NCBI GenBank assembly: GCA_034189605.1
Contig: JAXHUO010000001.1
Location: 63,606 to 127,605, forward strand
Direction of reading: 5' to 3'
Length of the DNA: 64,000 nt
Source of the DNA: Chloroflexota bacterium
Lineage (GTDB): Bacteria > Chloroflexota > Anaerolineae > B4-G1
Made by a program: the position numbers and the translations under genes. Numbering within the stretch: position 1 is the first letter of the stretch; the number at the start of each line of letters is the position of its first letter. The notes below the pieces were generated by a model that saw only the letters and a list, made by a program, of their open reading frames with translations, was not told the DNA's origin and did not search any database. Positions 1 to 6,878 of this stretch are shown here, piece by piece.

Positions 1-1
1 T

Positions 2-217
2 GATTCGCGGGTAACCGAGGTCATGAACGAGTCCGAAATTGACTTCCTGCTGGACCCGTCCACTTACCTGGGCATTGCCCCGCAAAAGACGCGGGAACTG
101 GTGGCTCTCAGCCGAGAAGAAAGAGAAAAGGACCGGAAGATTACTTCTGGTCCCGGAGCGGGATTAAAATTCCGCTCGGAACAACAAGCCGGTGCATCTT
201 TCTTAGGCGAAAAGTAG
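2..217 (+). CDS. 3' end of a fumarate-lyase-superfamily gene (adenylosuccinate lyase / carboxymuconate cycloisomerase-like), 5' part outside the window
   Basis: The frame is open from the window edge. The translated tail SEIDFLLDPSTYLGIAP resembles the conserved C-terminal DPxxYLGxA segment of this lyase family. By-eye recall only. Confidence 0.3.
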   Translation, partial: DSRVTEVMNESEIDFLLDPSTYLGIAPQKTRELVALSREEREKDRKITSGPGAGLKFRSEQQAGASFLGEK

Positions 218-249
218 ATACGGCGGGCGGTGGTAATCACCTGGAATGA

Positions 250-534
250 CAGGGGAGCGCGTCCCCCGCTAGTTCATCCCGCCGCCTGCGGGAGGGATTT
301 CCCGCGAACAATGTCACAGGAGGCGCCAGCAACGTCAGTTTTGGCATGCCGGTGCGTCCCACGCTCAACGCGAACTTTTTCGCCGTGGCGGTGGTGTTGG
401 GTATGAACGCCCCGGTCACGGATGCGACACGCCCGGAAGTGCGCTTTGCATTGCTCTCAGCCGACATTTTTCTGGGGCAAGACAGACGCACGCGGCGTTA
501 TATGCGATACTACCGCTCGACGCGGTCGGGATGA
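250..534 (+). pseudogene. C-terminal remnant of a pterin-binding (MeTr/AcsE/MetH-type) methyltransferase domain
   Basis: The frame opening after the stop at 247-249 reads GGASNVSFGMPVRPTLNANFFAVAVVLGMNAPVTD...ADIFLGQD. This matches the SN(I/V)SFG(L/M)PxRxxLNxxF and AD(V/I)LxGxD signatures of Pterin_bind domains. The roughly 200 N-terminal residues of such a domain are missing. Confidence 0.5.
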
Positions 535-696
535 TTCCCCGAGAAGAATCTCCTTATTACGGTGGTGGAGACCCTTCGCTTTGCTCAGGGTGACAGGGCG
601 GGTTTTGCGCTATTGTGTAGAGTTTGGGTAGTGATCTGCTACGAACGCTTGTGCTTGGTGAGTGATCTGGTAGAATTACTGTGAGGAGAACCAAAG

Positions 697-1371
697 TTGC
701 GAGCCAAGATAATTGCTTGTGAGACTGTGGGGGAGGAGATCAGGGGCCTGATCCCTGATGATATACCTTGCAAGTTTCTGGAGTTTGGCCTTCACCTCAC
801 ACCGGAGAACCTCAATCTGGCCCTGCAAAGAGAGATTGATGAAACCCAGGAGGAGGTGGACACAATCCTGTTTGGCTATGGGATGTGCTCGAAGGGAACC
901 ATTGGCTTGGAAGCGCGGGATTTCCGGCTTGTAATTCCCAGGGTGGATGACTGCATCGCTCTTTTCCTGGGTTCCAGAGTTGAGTATGCACAACAGTGTC
1001 GGAAAGCGCCAGGAACCTTTTACCTGACCAAGGGATGGATAGAGTGTGGGGATGACCCTTACACAGAATACCTGAAACTGAGAGAAAAATACGGCGATAA
1101 AAAGGCCTACCGGATTGAGAAAACGTTCATCAGGAACTATACCCGGTTGGCGTTGATCAACACGGGGAACTATGATCTGGAAAAATACCGGAAATATGCA
1201 AGGAAGATGGCCGAGTTATTTGGCCTGATGTTTGAAGAGATTCCCGGGGCCAACGTGCTGATACGGAAACTGATAACAGGCGATTGGGATGAGGAATTTG
1301 TCATCGTTGAGCCTGGCGGAAGAGTGCGATATGACATGTTTTTTGACGGTTTACGAGATGCCGACGTTTAG
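697..1371 (+). CDS. DUF1638 domain protein
   Basis: 224-aa ORF with a TTG start preceded by GAGGAG at 683-688. The sequence pattern (IIACETVGEEI..., FGYGMCSKG, RVDDCIALFLGS, FYLTKGW) matches my recollection of DUF1638. A TTGTGC-16-TAGAAT promoter-like pair lies at 649-676. Confidence 0.6.
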   Translation: MRAKIIACETVGEEIRGLIPDDIPCKFLEFGLHLTPENLNLALQREIDETQEEVDTILFGYGMCSKGTIGLEARDFRLVIPRVDDCIALFLGSRVEYAQQCRKAPGTFYLTKGWIECGDDPYTEYLKLREKYGDKKAYRIEKTFIRNYTRLALINTGNYDLEKYRKYARKMAELFGLMFEEIPGANVLIRKLITGDWDEEFVIVEPGGRVRYDMFFDGLRDADV

Positions 1372-1393
1372 ATAGATTGTCCTCACCAACCAA

Positions 1394-2326
1394 CTATCCC
1401 ATTGCCTTTCCCCGGCACTCTTCTATCCCCCCATACCCATGCCGCTCCATATATTCCCGCAGTCCCCCGCACACCTCCCGGAAGACCTCCATCCCCCGGT
1501 AGTGGATGGCTGATCCGATGCCTACGGCAGTGGCTCCCACCAGGAGCATCTCCACCACGTCCCGCCCGGTCGTCACCCCGCCCATCGCTACCACCGGCAC
1601 GTCTACCGCCCGGCACAAGTCGCGCACGCAGCGCACGGCGATGGGGCGTATGGCCGGGCCGCTCACGCCACCTGTCTCGTGGGATAACACCGGGTGGCGG
1701 GTATCCACGTCCAGGATCAGTCCTGGTCCCAGGCTGTTGATGGCGGTGATGCCATCGGCGCCGGCTTCGACCACCGCCTGAGCGATTTCCACGACGTCGG
1801 TCACATTGGGCGAGAGTTTCACCAGCACCGGAATCTCGGTGTTTTGCTTCACCCTGCGCGTGACCTGAGATGCGACGTAGGGATCGGCGGCGAACATGAG
1901 CCGGTAGCGGTCATCTATGTTGGGGCAGGAGATGTTGACTTCAATGAGGTCGGGTTCCGCTTCGGAGATGAAGCGGGCCACGGTACCAAAGTCGTAGATG
2001 GTCTCGGCAAAGATGCTGGCGATGACCGGTACTCCTAGAGGGGTCAGTCTCTCCTTCGCGGCCCGGATCTCCTCCACCATCACCTCGACGCCCGGATTGG
2101 AAAGGCCCACGGCGTTGATCAGCCCCGGTCCCCAGTCCAGGATCGTCGGGTTGGGGTAGCCGGGGCGGGGCTTGAGGCTGCACGATTTGGTGGTGACGGC
2201 CCCTGCGCCAGCACTCGCCACCCGCTCCAGTATCTCGTGGGTCAGTCCCAGTACCCCCGAGGCCAGGATCGTCGGATTGGACAGGGTGACCCCGCACAGA
2301 TTGACAGTCAAGTCGGGCATAGCCAT
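1394..2326 (-). CDS. pyrD: dihydroorotate dehydrogenase, class 1 catalytic subunit
   Basis: 310 aa. LSNPTILASG...TTKS...NAVGLSNPG...NISCPN...GGVSGPAIRPIA are classic PyrD class-1 motifs. It is the last gene of the pyr operon. Confidence 0.9.
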   Translation of the reverse strand: MAMPDLTVNLCGVTLSNPTILASGVLGLTHEILERVASAGAGAVTTKSCSLKPRPGYPNPTILDWGPGLINAVGLSNPGVEVMVEEIRAAKERLTPLGVPVIASIFAETIYDFGTVARFISEAEPDLIEVNISCPNIDDRYRLMFAADPYVASQVTRRVKQNTEIPVLVKLSPNVTDVVEIAQAVVEAGADGITAINSLGPGLILDVDTRHPVLSHETGGVSGPAIRPIAVRCVRDLCRAVDVPVVAMGGVTTGRDVVEMLLVGATAVGIGSAIHYRGMEVFREVCGGLREYMERHGYGGIEECRGKAMG

Positions 2327-2379
2327 CGAATTACGAGTTTACGAATCTACGAATCTACGGATTTACGAACCCACGAATC

Positions 2380-2958
2380 CTAAAGATAGGCCAAAACTTG
2401 GGTGTATTGGGCCGGTGTGATATGGCCAGTTTCTTTCAGTTCATCCAGGATATCGGTCAGCCGGAGGACGGCGTGTAGCCGGTAGCCGCGCTGAGCCAGA
2501 TCCTCTGCGCCCCCCTGTTCCCGGTCTATCAGCACCAGCACGTCGCGCACGGTGAGCCCGGCTGCCTCCAGCGGCTGGACGGCTTCCAGTTTGCTGTCGC
2601 CCCGGGTGATCAGATCATCCACCAGCAGGGCCGTCTCCCCTGGTTCGAAGATTCCTTCAATGGCGCGGCGGGTGCCGTGTGTTTTGACCTCCCGGCGCGG
2701 GTAGATCAGCGGGCGGTCCATTTCCAGTGCCAGCGCTACCCCGATGGGCAGGCCCGCGTAGGGGATGGCGGCGAAACAGTCAAAGACGAGCCCCCGAGCG
2801 ACCCTGGTCATCGCGCGAGCCGCTTCACGCAGCAGCGGCGGGTGGCCCACCAGTAGCCGCAGGTCAATGTAGATGGGGGAGGTGAGCCCAGATTTGAGGG
2901 TGAAGGTGCCGAACTGGATGCAGCCAGTGTTGAATAGTTGGGTGGTTAGTTGGTTCAT
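2380..2958 (-). CDS. pyrE: orotate phosphoribosyltransferase
   Basis: 192 aa with FGTFTLKSGLTSPIYIDLR and the PRPP loop LLVDDLITRGDS. It overlaps the pyrF stop by 4 nt. Confidence 0.9.
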   Translation of the reverse strand: MNQLTTQLFNTGCIQFGTFTLKSGLTSPIYIDLRLLVGHPPLLREAARAMTRVARGLVFDCFAAIPYAGLPIGVALALEMDRPLIYPRREVKTHGTRRAIEGIFEPGETALLVDDLITRGDSKLEAVQPLEAAGLTVRDVLVLIDREQGGAEDLAQRGYRLHAVLRLTDILDELKETGHITPAQYTQVLAYL

Positions 2959-3890
2959 CGGGTGGTCTCCCGGAATTGGTTGATTTGGTCGCGCAGGGCC
3001 AATGCGGCGGAGCGGGCGGCTTTGGCAAAGTCGGGGCCGGAGGAGGCGTAGAGGATGGAGCGGGAGGAGTTGATGACCGGGCCGATGGCGCTAGTGGTTC
3101 GACTGTGCTCGCCACCGGCGGTGGGGCCGTATGTGGTTGCAGCCTCCAGGTTCCCACCTTGGGCACCCACGCCGGGGATGAGGAATGGCAGGTGGGGGGC
3201 CATTTCCCGCAGGCGGGCCAGTTCTTCGGGGTAGGTGGCCCCGACAACCAGACCGCAACTGCCCGGATGCTCGGCGTTCCACCGTACCGCCAGCCGGGTG
3301 ACCTCTTCGTAGAGAACACCGCCTTGAACAGGTGGGTCTGGAGAGGCTCCCTCCCCGCGTGAGGGAGGGCCGGGGTGGTGGTTTTTGGCACAGGCTTTTT
3401 CCTGCCGGTGCACCAGCAGATCCTGTAAATCCGTGGCGGAAGGGTTTGATGTGCGGGCCAGGAGGAAGATGCCCCGGTCGGCTTGCTGCAGGAATGGTCG
3501 CAGGCTATCCAACCCCAGGTATGGATTGGCTGTGACCGCGTCCACGCCTAGCGTCTCGAACGCGGCGCGGGCGTAGGCGGCGGCGGTATGTCCTACGTCG
3601 TTGAATTTGGCATCGAGTATGACGGGCAGGTGGTTGGGAATGTACGAGATGAGGTCCTGGAGCGCGCGCAGACCCACGCTTCCCTCGGCCAGCCAGAAGC
3701 CCAGGTTGGGCTTGTAGGCGCAGGCCAGGTCGGCGGTGGCCTCGACGATGGCGCGGCCGAAAGTGAGGAATGGGTCATCTGAAACCAGCGCGACCTCGGG
3801 CAGCCGCTCCATCACCGGATCAAGGCCCACGCAGAGCCAACTCTGGTTGCGGAGTTGGGCTTGTCGCAGTTTCTCAATGAATGTGGTCAT
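2955..3890 (-). CDS. pyrF: orotidine 5'-phosphate decarboxylase, type 2
   Basis: MTTFIEKLR...LCVGLDP...VILDAKFNDVGHT...DAVTANPYLG is the typical long-form PyrF. I place the start at the internal ATG (3888-3890), 11 nt after the pyrB stop, rather than at the ORF-track start 3950, which would overlap pyrB. Confidence 0.85.
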   Translation of the reverse strand: MTTFIEKLRQAQLRNQSWLCVGLDPVMERLPEVALVSDDPFLTFGRAIVEATADLACAYKPNLGFWLAEGSVGLRALQDLISYIPNHLPVILDAKFNDVGHTAAAYARAAFETLGVDAVTANPYLGLDSLRPFLQQADRGIFLLARTSNPSATDLQDLLVHRQEKACAKNHHPGPPSRGEGASPDPPVQGGVLYEEVTRLAVRWNAEHPGSCGLVVGATYPEELARLREMAPHLPFLIPGVGAQGGNLEAATTYGPTAGGEHSRTTSAIGPVINSSRSILYASSGPDFAKAARSAALALRDQINQFRETTR

Positions 3891-3901
3891 CACCTGTGCC
3901 C

Positions 3902-4840
3902 CTACAGTTGCTGGCCCAACACCAGCGCCAGCAATGACATTCGCGCCCATACCCCGTTGGCGGCCTGGCGGAAGTAGGCCGCGCCGGGCAAGTCGTCTAC
4001 GTCGGTCGCGATTTCGTCCACGCGGGGCAGCGGGTGCATGATGGTGACGTCGGGGTTGGTGCGCTCAATCAGTGCCCGGTCTACGACGTAACTTCCTCGC
4101 AGTTGCTCATACTCTGCCGGGTCGGTGAAGCGTTCACGTTGGATGCGGGTGACGTAGAGCACATCACACGCTGGCAGCGCGGCCACCAGGTCGTCGGTCT
4201 TGTGCAGCGTGAGTCCCTGCTGCTGCAGTTCACCACTGATTTCTACGGGCAGCGCCAACGCCGGGGGCGAGATGAGAGTGAGCGTTACATCCCAGTGGAC
4301 CAGTGCGCGGGAGAGTGAGTGGACGGTGCGTCCGTGTTTGAGATCTCCAGCCAGTCCGACCCGCAATCCATCTATCTGGCCTCGTTCGCGCTGGATGGTA
4401 TAGAGATCGAGCAACGCCTGGGTGGGGTGCTCGCCCATGCCATCTCCGGCGTTGATGAGCGGGACCGTCGCGCCTGCGGCGGCTTTCTGCGCCGAACCGA
4501 CCGCTGGGTGGCGCTGGACTATGACGTCGGCGTATCCTGATATGACGCGCGCAGCGTCGGCCGGTGTCTCGCCTTTGGCGGCTGAGGAACTCTTTGCTGC
4601 CGCCGCGACGGAGATCACGTCGCCCCCTAGCCGGTGCATGGCAGATTCGAAACTGAGGCGCGTGCGGGTGCTGGGCTCGTAGAACAGCGTGGCGAGCGTA
4701 TAGTTGTGCAGCAGATTCAGTTTGGGCTCCTCCTGGCACCAATCCTCGAATCGGGCCGCTTGCTCCAGGATCAGCAGGATTTCACCTTTGCTGAGGTCGC
4801 CGATGGCGACGATATCCCGTCCTGTGAGTGGATTGGGCAT
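3902..4840 (-). CDS. pyrB: aspartate carbamoyltransferase catalytic subunit
   Basis: MPNPLTGRDIV...FYEPSTRTRLSFE...HPTQALLD...HPLPRV motifs. ATG at 4838-4840 is preceded by AGGAGGA. The 70-aa N-terminal extension in the ORF track has no ATCase counterpart. Confidence 0.9.
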   Translation of the reverse strand: MPNPLTGRDIVAIGDLSKGEILLILEQAARFEDWCQEEPKLNLLHNYTLATLFYEPSTRTRLSFESAMHRLGGDVISVAAAAKSSSAAKGETPADAARVISGYADVIVQRHPAVGSAQKAAAGATVPLINAGDGMGEHPTQALLDLYTIQRERGQIDGLRVGLAGDLKHGRTVHSLSRALVHWDVTLTLISPPALALPVEISGELQQQGLTLHKTDDLVAALPACDVLYVTRIQRERFTDPAEYEQLRGSYVVDRALIERTNPDVTIMHPLPRVDEIATDVDDLPGAAYFRQAANGVWARMSLLALVLGQQL

Positions 4841-4864
4841 GTCTTCCTCCTGTTGGTGTGATAT

Positions 4865-4897
4865 AAAAAAAGACCTTTGGACGGGTGTCCAAAGGTC
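4865..4897 (-). terminator. intrinsic terminator acting as a leader attenuator upstream of pyrB
   Basis: The minus strand reads GACCTTTGGAC-ACCC-GTCCAAAGGTC followed by TTTTTTT: a perfect 11-bp stem, a 4-nt loop and 7 U. It ends about 25 nt upstream of the pyrB ATG. Confidence 0.75.
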
Positions 4898-5030
4898 GGG
4901 GAAAACGGTGTGAGCGGGGATGAGTGCGCTCTCCCCGTGTGTGCCATGGCTGCAAACTGACTGTGGGCCGTTCTCCAGACATCGGGCAGGAGTATACCGC
5001 GAATGAGGAAAAGTGTCAAGCCAAGAAATT

Positions 5031-5180
5031 TGGTGATTACACAAGTTCACTGATACCTCAGACCTCCAAGGTTTTTGGTAAGTGATGTCTCAAAGCACCG
5101 CGTGTCGAGGGCACAATGCGGGCTGTTTTATTGCAGGGAGTGAAACCTCGGAGTTCTTTCGGATATGTGGGTAATCACCA
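5031..5180 (+). mobile_element. MITE-like 150-bp element, copy A
   Basis: Perfect 10-bp terminal inverted repeats TGGTGATTAC / GTAATCACCA, plus subterminal inverted repeats (AGACCTCCAAGGTTT / AAACCTCGGAGTTCT). A second copy, about 90 percent identical by eye, lies inverted at 61646-61797. Confidence 0.7.
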
Positions 5181-5219
5181 GAAGAAGCCTGCTTGCTTTG
5201 CTGCGGTATCTTGAGTAGA

Positions 5220-6878
5220 ATGTGGTCAATGATTCAGCGATCAAAGTTGTGCATTATTCTCATACTCATCCTGGCCGCAGCCCTTCGCTTCTACGGCCTC
5301 AATTGGGACAGCGGTATTGGCGCGCACCCGGACGAGCGGTACATCGTGGGGGTGGCGGAGAGCCTGCGCTGGCCCGAGCAAGTGAACCCCTTTGACGTTG
5401 CCCCTGGCTATCCCTACGGCCATCTGCCGCTATATCTGCTGGCACAGGCAGCGGCTTTGATCCCTGCCGCCGATCCGCTCCTGGTGGGGCGGGCGCTGGC
5501 GGCGCTTTTTGACCTGGGTACGGTGGCGCTGACCTTTGCGTTGGGCCGGTGGGTCTACGGGGAGCGCGCCGGCCTGCTGGCAGCGGCCTTTGTCGCGCTG
5601 ATGGTCTTGCACGTGCAGCAGGCTCACTTTTACACCACCGACGTGCCGCTGGCCTTTTTTGTCCTGGGTACACTGTTCTTCGCCGTCCGCCTGGCCGAGG
5701 GTGGACGGCCGCACCAGGCCTGGCTGGCGGGCGCGTGGGCCGGGTTGGCCGTGGGCACCAAGTTCAGCGCGGTGCTGCTGGTATTGCCACTGGGCGCGGC
5801 ATTGATGGTCAGCCCGGCACTGGCTCTTCCAGCCCGGCGCTGGGCTCGTTGGCGGCGCGGTCTGGAATGTGGCGGCGCGGCGCTGGTGGCCTTTGCGCTC
5901 ACCAATCCCTTTGCGCTCCTAGAGTTTCCCACATTCTGGCGCAACGTGGCGGAGCAAGGGGCCATCACGCGCGGTTTGCTGGACGTGCCCTACACCCGCC
6001 AGTTTCACGCTACCTGGTCCTATTTTTACCCGCTGGTGCAGCAGTTGCGTTGGGGGATGGGGTGGCCGCTAGGACTGGCTGCCTTTGGCGGGTTGGCCTG
6101 GGCGGTGTGGCGGGCGATGCGGGAGCCACCACGCCGGGCGGAGTGGGTGCTGCTGGCGTGGACGGTGCCTCATTTTGCCTTCGTCGGTGCGCTTTACGCC
6201 AAATTCCCCCGCTACCTCTTGCCCCTGACACCACTGTTGGCTCTCTACGCGGCTCGTCTGCTGGTTGACCTGCTCCACCAGCAACGGTGTGCCGCCTCTT
6301 CCCTCTACCCATTCCTCATCTACTCTCTACTTTGGTGCCTGGCCTTTGTCAGTCTCTACCACTCCCCGCACCCCTGGCTGACCGCCTCAGAATGGTTCTA
6401 CGATCACGCTGGCCGAGGGACAGTCGTGGCCGTCGAGCAGTGGGATCACCCGCTGCCGCTGGACGCGGCGGGGATCCACGACTATGACGTGCGGGAACTG
6501 CCTATTTTCGACGAGGACACGCCGGAGAAGTGGGCGATGGTAGAGCAGGCGTTGGCAGAGGCTGACTATGTGGTCATCGCCAGCCGGCGTGGATACGCGA
6601 CCTTGGCGCGCTGGTCAGCCCGTTATCCTCTCACAGCCCGCCATTACCACCTGCTCTTCGAGGGCGGGTTGGACTTTGAGCCGGTGGTTTGCTTGGGACG
6701 TTATCCGCGCCTGGGGCCGCTGGCGCTGGTTGACGATCCGACCGCTGGTCTGGGCTTCTCGCTGCCTGACCTCTGTCAGCCTGGATCGCCGTTTGTGCTG
6801 CGCCTGGGCCGGCTGGATGAGAGTTTTGTCGTCTACGACCACCCGCAGGTGGTCATCTTCCGTCGCTCCGAACCCTAG
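5220..6878 (+). CDS. GT39/ArnT-like polytopic membrane glycosyltransferase (PMT family)
   Basis: Multi-TM protein with FYGLNWDSGIGAHPDERYIV near the N-terminus, as in GT-C glycosyltransferases. The start is uncertain (ATG 5220 or ATG 5229). A TTGCTT-17-TAGAAT pair at 5193-5220 would make the 5229 start leaderless. Confidence 0.7.
   Translation: MWSMIQRSKLCIILILILAAALRFYGLNWDSGIGAHPDERYIVGVAESLRWPEQVNPFDVAPGYPYGHLPLYLLAQAAALIPAADPLLVGRALAALFDLGTVALTFALGRWVYGERAGLLAAAFVALMVLHVQQAHFYTTDVPLAFFVLGTLFFAVRLAEGGRPHQAWLAGAWAGLAVGTKFSAVLLVLPLGAALMVSPALALPARRWARWRRGLECGGAALVAFALTNPFALLEFPTFWRNVAEQGAITRGLLDVPYTRQFHATWSYFYPLVQQLRWGMGWPLGLAAFGGLAWAVWRAMREPPRRAEWVLLAWTVPHFAFVGALYAKFPRYLLPLTPLLALYAARLLVDLLHQQRCAASSLYPFLIYSLLWCLAFVSLYHSPHPWLTASEWFYDHAGRGTVVAVEQWDHPLPLDAAGIHDYDVRELPIFDEDTPEKWAMVEQALAEADYVVIASRRGYATLARWSARYPLTARHYHLLFEGGLDFEPVVCLGRYPRLGPLALVDDPTAGLGFSLPDLCQPGSPFVLRLGRLDESFVVYDHPQVVIFRRSEP

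Noticed and set aside
4911-4960. Candidate PyrR-binding loop in the pyrB leader (GGGGAGAGCG).
   Set aside because: It matches only partially the UCCAGAGAGG consensus I remember. No pyrR is in the window. It is kept only as a remark inside the attenuator finding.
4841-5050. 70-aa N-terminal extension of pyrB in the ORF track.
   Set aside because: The extension would run through the leader terminator and into the MITE. A canonical ATCase N-terminus with a strong RBS begins at 4840.
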